Of a stretch of DNA of 64,000 nucleotides, positions 14,101-25,300 are shown piece after piece; positions within the stretch are counted from its first letter, which is position 1; each line of letters opens with the position of its first letter. Below the pieces are notes generated by a model. It was given only the letters and a program-made list of their open reading frames with translations, did no database searches and was not told the origin of the DNA. A program made the position numbers and the translations under genes. The stretch is from Marsupella aquatica (Eukaryota; Plantae; Marchantiophyta): assembly GCA_973895155.1 (NCBI GenBank), contig OZ316892.1, forward strand, positions 12,774,238 to 12,838,237, read 5' to 3'.

Positions 14101-16759
14101 CTTATGTGGATCTGCTTACAATAGATAGCATTTGGAAATGTGGAAATATACATCCTCATGTTGTCACAGTCTATTGGCAATGTGCCAGCACACAATAAAG
14201 GGCAGCATGCATGGCTAGACCCAATGGGCCGCCAATGGGAAACAATAAACAAGTTTCCCGGGAATCCCCTCCATAACCAATGCCCTCCTTCCCTCTTCCT
14301 TTTTTCAAATGGACATAAATTCACTTCGTGATTTTTCTTTTGGTAATTTTGGTGTTTATGGACAAGAATGCACAGTCTGGAATTGGATCAGAGAATTATG
14401 CAAACATCTCCTCTACTCTTACTAAATAGTGAATCTCAGGATCTTTTTGGTCTTTAATAAATGTATGAATGCCCTGTTGCGAGTGTATCATAGACCAATA
14501 ACACCCTCTCAAAATTCAAACTAGAGTCCTCATTTTCCAAGGCTTGTGGCCTATAATGCCTCACTACAAGGGGGTCTCAACCTGTTATCCCCCATTTTTT
14601 CAGTCACCAGGTGTGGGAATTTTTGTCCATCAATGTGACCAAAACCCAACTTTTGGGAAAACTTACCTCCACGGGCTTTTTATGTAGGAACAGGTCAAGT
14701 CAACGTCATCATTTTTCAATGGGCAATACCATTCTTGATCGAAGGGCGCTGACACGTTTCTCACACAGCGGTTGTTAGTGTGCACCATCAAGATTTGAAT
14801 GGGTTCATTATAAAAATTTTCCTCTATTTTACTAAAACTAGTAAAATAAAAAATCTTTCATGCCTTTAAGTGTATTAAGGTACCATTACCAGAGCATTGT
14901 GGGCAATCGTTGCCCCTCTTGCCCCACAATGCTCAAGAGTAAGCTCTTGTTTTTTTAGGCATTAGCTCCACTCAACTCTATACATAATCTTGTCCCACCT
15001 TGTTCAGAATGGTTATTTCTATTTCTATCCTGTGAACATGAAAACTTACACCCATTTCTAGTGTGTCTTGGTAATTGCACATCAAAGTGTGATAGTGTAT
15101 GGCATGCTATGAATAACACTCAATGATTCAAACAGAACAATTAAGTTTATCATGGTAGGGAGTGATATTGTACACCATATATTGTAATATTTGGTAGGGA
15201 ATGATATTGTATACCATATATTGTAATATTTTGTTGAGTAGATCTGCAATTAAAGGCACTCTCTTGCATGACGACTTCTGCATTCTGGGTTGGTCTTGCC
15301 CCAATAAGTTACTCTTGGCTTGCAATCGTGAATAGAACTGCAGCAAGAGCACTTACAACGCTTGATCTTCAGAAACGCTGCTGCTGATCTGAATTACTTT
15401 TGGGACTCTGAATGGTACAGAGCCAGGACATGATTGCTGCACGGTATTCCCAGCTCTGCCTCGAGAAGAAAAGAGGAAAAGCGGTTCCATCCACAAATCT
15501 TCTGAGATCAGCAGCGTTATACTCTTTCGCTGCACTGTAGCTTCAAAAGCTGTGTCTCTTCGTGGCTGCACTTTACGTAACACTACTCTCTGTCAGCAGC
15601 TGATGGAATGCTTTTTGCATTAATAAAGATTCTACGGTACTGGGGATCAGTGCAATGGCACCTCGAGAGAGATAGGATTACTTCACCGTTCATCTGTGCG
15701 TGGGAAAGAGGCAACCCAGGTTTTGTGGGCTAATAAATATCGTGGACGGAGACCTCTTTTCTGGGCAGGCAATGGGTAAACTCAGCTGGGACTTCTTTGG
15801 CCACGCGTCCCACGTAAAGACTGCAATGTGTTTCATTGTGGGACTTTCGCTCCAGATTACTTTAGTGGCACCACAGGAAATAGATATCTAGGTATTAAGG
15901 TTCTGAACTTGACAGACAAAATATTTCAGAGTGCTTGTGAAACCTAGAAGGATTGGTAATATGTATTTTAAGTGTTCTAATCATTTTGATGTGAACACTG
16001 ACTTCAGTGTCAAAGTCAGGCTTCTTCAGATGGACAAGCATAAGGCTGCAGTTGTTGCTAATATGCAAGGAAGCCTCTTGTGACTAGTGCTACTAAGCTT
16101 GGATCAACCCTTGCTACTATGTCATAGTTCATTCTAGGAAACCAATAGAGAAATGTTTTTCCACTGGGAGTTGGAAGAGATAGACAGATGAAAGAAGCAA
16201 GGGAAAACACATGAAACAATTTTCCTAGGCGTATAAGATGTACTGCAATCAGAATTTGGAACTGCATCAAAATTTAAGCCTGAAGGTGGGCACAATTAAT
16301 CATGCAGAAAGAGAACTCGTAGAAAATGACAATTCTCGGGGGTCTCACTATATGGGGACCTCCCCATCATCTACGATGTTTTTAGGTCTCGGACCCCCTA
16401 AAAATGTAAGAATTTAAAATAAATTAATTAATCCCTATAAAGTTGGAATATTCTTGGAAGATTCCAAAAATTGGATTAAAAAGACCCTAATGTTTTTACA
16501 AGTCACAAAATTGAATTTAAAGGACCCTATTGTTCTTCTGCAAATTTTTTTAAGTCGTCCCTTAAAACCAATCAAATGACCCTATCCTTCGTCGCACGTG
16601 ATATGCCATTTTTGTGGAAATGAAACCCCTGAGTGACAATTATGGCAAGTACCAGCCACCTAGTATAGGAAACAACAATCTTCATCAAAACAAAGCTATG
16701 AAACAAACATCAATGACACGAGAGGACTAGTTTGAAGACTTCCTCAGCCAGTAGCAATA

Positions 16760-17108
16760 GAGCATCTCAAAGTTGCCCTCTCCTGTTTTTTTCCGGTCAG
16801 CGGTTCTAAGAAATCTATGTCCGCAACCTAGACCAAAATCCAATGATGGGTTTCAAGATGCTCCTGTGGGTCAGCTGGCCGCTGACAATTTGAGAATGGT
16901 TGCTGACAATTCTTGAAGGGTAAAAACAATTCTTGAAGGGCGCCGACATATATTGCGTGAAGCAACTTTTGGTGCGGATGGCGGTGCGCTGACCGCCTGA
17001 GTTACTGACAGTCACCTTTTGTGGGAACCGCATATTTTTGGTCTATGACCCATGCTGCAACATTTTGGTAACTGGAAACCTCCGGGAATGAGCCAGTTTT
17101 AGACGCCC
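16760..17108. mobile_element. Tourist/PIF-type MITE
   Basis: Left GAGCATCTCAAA and right TTTAGACGCCC followed by TAA. No coding capacity seen. Confidence 0.45.
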
Positions 17109-17509
17109 TAATGAACGTGGTTCAATTTTCCAACCTTGAGAAACCATCATAAGAGGGGGAGCATGCCCAAACAACATGCAATGACAAAGCAACAATGGCA
17201 GCATTCAACAAGAGCAGTCAATCCATTGAGGTGCTCCATAGAGGTATCAACTCGGGGGGTCGAGTATCAAAAATCATAGGAACCATGTGTCATCAAAAAT
17301 TGGTATTTGAAATATAAATTAGCTAAATTTTAAAAAGTGGAGAAGGCATTTACTCTCATTCACTTAGCCACTGGGGCTTGACGATGCTGCAAGTCATGAG
17401 TGTAACACTCTCAGCCTCAATGTTGACACTGACAATTCTTTACTCCTCTCTTTCTCATCTTGCTCAACCTTGACCCAAGAACTTATTGCAGTGGAACTTA
17501 TTGAAGTCC

Positions 17510-18230
17510 AGCACTTCAGGTTCTTTCAGATGCTTAACTCCCTCAACTTGTTCAGGTAAGTAGTTCCCAACATTGCAGCGTAGCTCGCTGCTCCATTGGC
17601 AGCTGACTGCCTGCCCGGCTGTCCCTCACCCCCTTAGACCGGTTTTGCCATTCTCCTTCCACACACAAAGGCTGCTCCTATTATATATTTTGGTTTTGAG
17701 TGAATTATATTAGCAGTGTGTCATAGAATGCTCCCAAGTAACCACTAGGGCTCATCTCTCGTCAGTCTCTTCTCTCTCTAGCAACTAGTTCAGCACTTCA
17801 GACTATTCAGATGGTTAACTCCCACCCCACTTCAGGTAATGTAGTTAACTAAGTTCCCAACATTGCAGCGTAGCCCGCTGCTCCCATTGGCCATCAACTG
17901 GCTGCCCCGCCCCTCCCTCGCCCCCTTAGACCATTTGGCCATTCCAGTTTATTTTGCAGCCCACCAATCAGACCTGAATGATGCTCCTGAAGATAATATA
18001 TAGACTGAATTATATTAGCCTACGTCATAGAACGTTCCCAATAATTAATCACCAAGGCTCATCTCTCTTCTCTCTATCAACTCAACTCATTCAGCACTTC
18101 GCCAGTTCAGACTATTCAGATGCTTAACTCCCTCCCCCACTCCAGGTAATGTAGTTAACTCAGTTCCCAACATTGCAGCGTAGCCCGCCGCTCCCATTGG
18201 CCATCAACTGGCTGCCCGCCCCTCCCTCAA
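17510..18230. repeat. Tandem repeat, about 280-300-bp unit, about 2.5 copies
   Basis: CAGCACTTC...TTCAGATG(C/G)TTAACTCCC...AGTTCCCAACATTGCAGCGTAGC...CCATTGGC recurs at about 17510, 17791 and 18092. Confidence 0.85.
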
Positions 18231-18596
18231 ATTCAATTGACCACAGTCGGAACAGCACCCCCCCCCCCCCCGCCCGTACGAATGTTTTTTGTGCCCTTTC
18301 CCATAAATATTCTCGCGAGCTCCTGGCGGGGAACACGGCCTTTTAGCACATGGCGACCCGTTCCCCACTTTATTTTTGCATGTTTTTATTATTATATACT
18401 TAAAACCGGAGCCCCTAGATCTCCTCAAAACAATCCACATTCCGTCACTCATTTATTATTATTCCACCGTCTCCTCCGTCTGCTGTCCTTTGCGTTTCAT
18501 TCCCGGGCAGCCCGCTCGTCTACTGTACAGTGAGTGTCGAGTTGCGTCCTATCAAGTCAACCAATGCGACGCGCCCAGAAGACGCATCGAAGCTGC

Positions 18597-20030
18597 TGCC
18601 CCACTATTAATAATAAGCGTGACTTTGCACCACACTCAATCACCCCAAAAGCTGAGCCCTATTTCAGCTGCATAATTTTTGGGTCTGGATTGTATTCTCT
18701 TTCGTGAATTTACTTGTGAATTCGAGCCCAAAAGTTGAGCCCTACTTGAGCTTGACATTTTTTCGAGTCTGAATTGTATTCTCTTCATGAGTACTTTACT
18801 TGTAAATTCGAGCCCAAAAGTTGAGCCCTACTTGAACTTGACATTTTTTCGAGTCTGAATTGTATTTTCTTCATGAGTACTTTACTTGTAAATTCGAGCC
18901 TTAAAGTTGACCTCAACTTGAAGTATAGATTAGATGAACATGCTTCATTTTTTTTTGTCTTGTAGTGATGTATGGGATTAAGGTCAGCCCTTTAACTTTA
19001 TGAGATATAGGGCGACCTTATGTTGAGGCGAGTAAGCAGGGAGACTGCATACCTCATAAAGCTATATGTGCCCATAAGATGCGTGCAAGCAACTGCCCCC
19101 TAATAATAAGCGTGACTTTGTACCCCACTCAATCAGAGCTTCCAGCCCCAAAAGTTGAGCCCTACTTGAACTTGATAAGTTTTGGGTTTGGATTGTATTC
19201 TCTTCATGAATTTACTTGTGAATCCGAGCCCAATAGTTGAGCCCTAGTTGAACTTGATGATTTTTGTATTCTTTTCATAAATTTAATTGTGATTCGAGCC
19301 CAAAAGTTGAATCCAACTTGAAGTAGGATTAAGGTCATCATGTTAGCTTTGTGAGATAGAGGGACACCTTACATCTACTCGCATACATGGGGAGTCAGAC
19401 TGTCTACCCCATAAAGCTATATCTGCCCATAGGATGCATCTAACCTGCTGCCCCTCAAGGATAAGTGTGAATTTGTACCCCCTCAATCCCAGCCCCAAAG
19501 TTTACCCTAGGTAAGTTTGAAATTGAATATTGTTTTCTCTTGATGAATTTACTTGTGAACTCAAGCATAAAAGTTGAACCTAACTTGATGACTAGGATTA
19601 AGGCTCATACGGTTAGGTTTATGAGATATAGGGTTGACCCGCTTACGCAGGGAGACCATATCCCTCATAAAGCTATACGTGCCCATAAGATGCATCTAAG
19701 CTGCCCCCTAATACTCCGCATGAATTTGTACTCCACTCAATCAGAGCTTCCAGCCCCAAAGTTGAGCCCTACTTGAAATTGATGATATTTGGGTCTGGAT
19801 TGTGTTCTCTTGATGGATTTACTTGTGAACTCAAGCCCAAAAATTGAACCTAGCCAACTTGATGTATAGGGTTATGGTCAATCGTGCAGTTAGCTTATGA
19901 GAGATAGGGTGGCCTTATGTTGACCCACTTATGCGTGGAAACACAGGGGAGACCATATACCTCAAAAAGCTATATGTGCCCCCCAAAGTTCAAGCCCAAA
20001 GTTGAGCCCTACTTGAACTTGATAATATTG
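18597..20030. repeat. Higher-order satellite: about 85-bp subunits nested in 250-500-bp units
   Basis: GAGCCCAAAAGTTGAGCCCTACTTGA recurs at about 86-bp spacing (about 18724, 18810, 18896) and later. The larger anchor TAATAAGCGTGACTTTG and variants recur at about 18608, 19101, 19460 and 19708. Confidence 0.85.
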
Positions 20031-20490
20031 AGCCAAGACTTCAAATCCAAAAGTGGAGGTTATACCAATGTTGTCTCTTTTACCTCAATCCCCATAGGGA
20101 ATTTTCTTTTGTAATTTTGGTGTTTCATGGATGGGTTCATGGAGAAGAATGCACAGTCCAGATTTTGGACTGCGGCATTATGAAACTTCTATTCTACTTT
20201 TACTAAAAATAGAAATAAAGAATGCTTCAAGCATAGTATGTGTATTAACTCCCTATATATTGCAAGGGCATTATGGGCAATAATAGTCCCTCAAAATTAA
20301 GATATTGCCCTCTTATTTGGGGCGCTATGACCCATATTGCACTATACTAGGGCAATACCATACTATATGTGAAAGAGACTGTCTTACTGCACCCCCTCCC
20401 CCACACCAACATCTACAAGGGGTGTCTCATAGTTTCTCAAAAGTAGCATAAGTAATATGGACTCATAGGGGTTTCTTCAATTTGACTCTT

Positions 20491-22349
20491 GATTTTTCTT
20501 TTGTTCAAACAGCTTTTTACTAAACTACCCCCAAAATAAGCCTTACTACGATACTTCCCCCAAAACTATTCTATTATGCATACTGCCCCCCATATTGTAT
20601 GTAGTTGCGTTCAACCTAACTTCACCAAGAAGCCACCTCTCCCATTGGCTGCCGTGCCAACCCACGGTTGAATTCCAACCCACAGTCGTAGTCATGCTCG
20701 CAGTCATGATCGGGACCCCAACAGCATCCAGCCCCGACTCCATTCGCCAGTGACTCCTACTGGGCCCAGAATTGCGCCCCTACTACTATTATTGTCCCCT
20801 GACTCCTAGCCCCCAAGTTTCCTTTCGAGAACTAGCCAACAATATTGGCTTTTTTAATGCACTTTGTATCAAGGTGCCAACGCAAAGGTGGGGCAGCTTG
20901 GATAGCGATGGATTGGGTGTAAGGGGAGGGGGGGCATTTGATCAAGGTGCAAAGCGGGGGGAGTTCAGGGCGCAGCAGCTGGACCAGTTTGAAGTGTGTG
21001 CCCAATCTGTAGCCCCATTATTCTATGGGAAAATAGGCCTGAAATAAGTATGTACTTAGGAGAAGCGTCAGAGGTCATTGATCAAACAGTGGCAAATCTG
21101 TGTGCAGCGGTTACAATTGCTGAAAAGAATCCACAAATCAATGGCATGGGCAACAACCACCATTGTGGAGGCATTGGCAGTATGCATATGGGCCTTGCTG
21201 GGAGTAGTTGGGTCCAATTTCAGTTTCATGTCAAATGCAATGGAACTTGGTTGAGATAAGCTGCACTTCTGGCTGGTGTCATCTGAGGACCAACCAGTGT
21301 CATCTGAGGACCAACCAGTCGCTGCAGCAATACCCGTTGCTCTACCAATGGAATCAAAATTGATGGAGGATGAAGCCAAGTCAACTACACAGCCAGTGCA
21401 GCCAATGCAGCCCAGGTGCAACAACATCCTGCAACACAAGAGCCTATGAATGACACAATGTAGCAAGGCCCGAGGCATGCAAGGGGTGCACAAAATGTTT
21501 GAGCATTGACATCCTGGGAAGAAGCGAAGACTTACTGAGTATGCAGTTGTTTGTGGTTACACACCAGGCATCTATGACCCATGGGAGGCTTGCTAGCACC
21601 AGGTCCATGGCTTCAGCGGATGCAAGTTCAAGAGTTTTAGGCAGGAAGCACTGGCATATTTGCTGGGCAGATTGATGCAAATTAGGCAGTAACATCATTA
21701 GTGCCAGAACAATTGCATAGGCTTTCTGTTTTGTTGAGAACTCAGATTTGCATAGCGTTTCTATTTTGTTGAACTCAGATTGCACAGCCTTTGTATTTTG
21801 TTGAGAACTCAAACTGTACTGCCCCAAGCGGCCACTTTTGGAATTATACTGAATGTTTTTTTGGATTCTGTTGGATATGGACATTCCACTGTGGACTCAA
21901 TTATGCTTAGACTCACATTGTCTTGTAATTGGTCTGAACACATTCAAGCTTGCAAAATGAATTTAGTGTAGTGTCACAAACAGATAATTAAAACAGGAAA
22001 CAAGGGTTCTTGTGGTCTGAAACTCGTCCAGACACTTGCAAAACTTCAAACATCTCAACTAAGTGTCAGCAAGTGACAACTTTTGTGACAGCACTACGAT
22101 CTGTCAACCCAGCTACAGACTAACCAAAAATTCTTGTACTAAAGTAAACTGAATTGTGTCCAACCTAGAAAAGAGTAGTTCAGCAGGATGGTTGTGTTTC
22201 CATGGTGGGTTGGCGCACCAGCCAATGGGAGAGGTGGCTTGCTTGGGAACATAGGTTGAATGTAACTACATACTATTTGGGGGGTAGTATCATAATAAGG
22301 CTCAATTTGGGGGGTAGTTTGGTAAAAAGCTGTCTGCTCAAATGATTTC
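20491..22349. mobile_element. Non-autonomous long-TIR (Mutator-like) DNA element, about 1.85 kb
   Basis: About 20500-20680 is the reverse complement of about 22190-22345 (ACAGCTTTTTAC.AAACTACCCCCAAA; AAGCCACCTCTCCCATTGGCTG). The flanking direct repeat ATTT(G/C)ACTCTT at 20480-20490 and 22345-22355 is a candidate TSD. Exact ends are uncertain by a few bp. Confidence 0.7.
21348..21662 (+). pseudogene. Decayed ORF ending in an RNase H1 N-terminal / caulimovirus viroplasmin (Cauli_VI) hybrid-binding domain
   Basis: Hand translation of 21537-21662 gives EYAVVCGYTPGIYDPWEAC*HQVHGFSGCKFKSFRQEALAYL, matching the YAVxxGxxPGIYxxWxxCxxQVxGFxGxxxKSF consensus. In-frame stops are two TGA upstream and a TAG at 21594. 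Confidence 0.75.
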
Positions 22350-25300
22350 ACTCTTTCTTTCATATTTGTTATTGTTGATTGTCTTGGTTTGTTGGCTGTA
22401 TGGGCTAATTCCTTTATATCTTTTCACTCATGCTTCTTTGCCTCGTTATGAAAATATTTGTATAGATTCTTATGGAGGTTTATTAAACTTCTCACTTGTC
22501 AAACAAATAAATCTAGATGATACCTCTAAAAATGAACTGCAAAATAATTTTTTTTAAACTCTTTAACCCAATCAGCACACAATTGCCATGCGTGATATAA
22601 ATACTTCTAGACATATGCACAATAGTACCAGGTCAAAGCAGACCTTCAAGCTCAAAATTCAAGTCTGGATGGACATCCACCTTTAGCCATTGCTTGAATA
22701 GACTGTTGCAACCCAGACGAACCTTCTTTTCTTGCACATATATGCTCTTATTAATAGTTTAGATTGCATCAATGAGTGGAATGTGGCAACGGAAATGAGA
22801 CACTCAAGTTTGAAATCTTGAAGGTAACATACTACATTGGACTCCTCATACCTTGAGCCTTCATAGTACATGATTCAACTGGATAAGTCCTATGTAAGTG
22901 CATGAAAATAATTTATGTAATTGTCTGACTGCTGCACTTATGAATAAATGTTTATTATACATATGAGTTGCAGAAACTGACAAATCCATGTGTACGTACA
23001 CTTAAAGAAGGACATGCACTTATGCATGTGTCGTTTAGTGAGGGTCTACCTGCACTTATGCTGGCTGCATTTTTTGGTGCATTCACAAAGGAACTTGCTG
23101 TAATATCAGGGGACTGCATGGCCAGCCTGCACTTAACCAAATAATGCACTTATGCGCAGTAGACACTACCTGTGTGCTATGTTGTTGGCCTTTGTTGGGC
23201 TAGTTCCTTGTCCTTTTGATTTGGGTGAATTCTAGCATTGGCTTCTTGGTCTGCAAGTTCCTTTTCCTACCGGGCTGCATATATCCTGAACAACAAAATG
23301 CGCCTAACCAGGAGATAGGATCCCAATGGTAGGAGACCCAATAACGGGGAGAAAACCAGGAACAAAATCAGAGGACCAAATACTCAAATTAAAAGCCAGA
23401 GAGTTCCCAACAAGGGCGAACTAACTACATCCCTTTTGAGCAACCAACTGAAAAGCCTGGTAGAGCTCTCAAGAGTAAACTGCAGAAGAGGGTCCCGGTG
23501 AGGAATTTGTCTTGAAGCTCTAAAACCTATAGCCTCCGCCCTACCGCCCCTATAAGAATAGTGAACCACTGAGCCCTCTGCATGTGTGTGTTTGACCTGT
23601 CAGTTTGCCATCAAATGACTTTCCTATTTTAAGGGAAAAGCTGAGTTGATTTCTACCTTTTAGAAGGGAAGCCGTGTGTCAAAGACCCTGTTTCAAACAG
23701 GAACTCTACTAAATAAGGGTAGGAAATGCCTCGTCCCTAGCTTAGTGATTTAAGGTCCAGGAGCAAGAAATGATTTAATTTCCTTTCCAGGACTGGACAC
23801 GCTTTCTTTTGGTAGGCTTGCAGTCAAGAAAGCTAAATGAAGAAATAATATAATTGGGCTAGAAAGTAACGAGGTAAACACCTCGAGCTTTGGTGACTAA
23901 AAATGTTGGGGTCCACCGATACAATCAGGCCTGAAAAGATATGCTAGGTAACATGTCTGTATTATCAGATTCACTAGCTAGGTAAGCTTTGATAAACTAA
24001 TTGAACAATCATACGCACAAAATCATGTGGAGAAGAGAAAGTGGCTGAAAATTGAACTTTTTCACAAGGCCAAAACTGTAGCCGATCCTTTCTTGATATG
24101 TATTATGGTGCTTTTCAAAAGCTAAAGCTTTTTAGATTCATAAAATATTATGATTTTATTTGAATTTTGAGAAGCCATCAACAAGAGAATCAATAAGAGA
24201 AAAGGATCAATCAAGACAGGCTGACTACTATTGCCAAAATTATTTCTTATTTCACATGGCTTAGTGAGTATATACAGCAAATGAGAAAAGAGCAGACTAT
24301 GAACTACTCCCAAATGGATATGAAAATGATGACTATTTTTGAAGTATTAATGGTGTTTTTCTACTTTGTACTGGCTTTCTACACAGCAGCAGCCTGTGTT
24401 CATGCAACATGGAACCCAACCTGATGTCATTGCCTCAATTGTCAATTCTTGTGGTGTCTGTTTGCCTTTGCAAGGCAGAAAGTGCCAAAATCATGCAAAG
24501 TTTTGTGAGGACCATTATGGAGGCATAGTAGCCATGCTTGTCTGTCAACAACAAGATTGACTCAAGCACTTGTAATATGTGTGCAAGAGAATGGAGAAGC
24601 AAGGGCAGAGAGACGGGCAGAGAGATCAAGGACATTGTGAAATTGAAGGTTACACTCAAAGACTGGGCTTCTGTAAGAGCCCTCTGCTCATGCCCTAGGT
24701 GCCCCCATTGAGTGACCACATGCATCTACATTGGAGTTGGATGACTCCAAGCTTGAATGTTGGGTTAGCATACACGCTAGGCAATCCCTATTGCTCACTT
24801 TTAAAAAGAAACCTGGATAATTGCAATGCTTGCATGGGGATTGACAGCCATTGGCAGTAATTGATGTCTGCAATTATAAACAAATCTTGTGAAATGATTG
24901 CACACCTGAAAATGTGTAGTATTGCTCTTCTAAAGGGTTGCATTTATGACTTAGCTAGAATCCTGCAATTTTCATGTATTTTTGTTGGAATACAGAAAAC
25001 ATTGTAGACAAGTCATCAAAGAATTTCTCCTCAATTAAGGAGGTTGCATTTACGGAGGGGCAATTGTATATATTCAGGAACCTGGCCGCATTAGTTCCAA
25101 CTACCCTTATTCTAGGATAGGGGAGCAAGTGTTGGGATCCCACCTCTATTACTTTACTTCATTCAGTTGGCAAGCTCCAGTCCATGACAACTGGTTGGCA
25201 ACCACTTCCCTCATTCAAGGTTCTCCAGGTGCTGCTGTCCTATGTCCTAACTTGCCTCGTCCATGCATGGTTTAGCTCTCTATTGCATGTTGAGAATGCA

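Noticed and set aside
21068-21884. Two minus-strand ORFs (141 and 146 aa)
   Set aside because: Antisense to the stop-interrupted plus-strand Cauli_VI frame, which carries the real motif.
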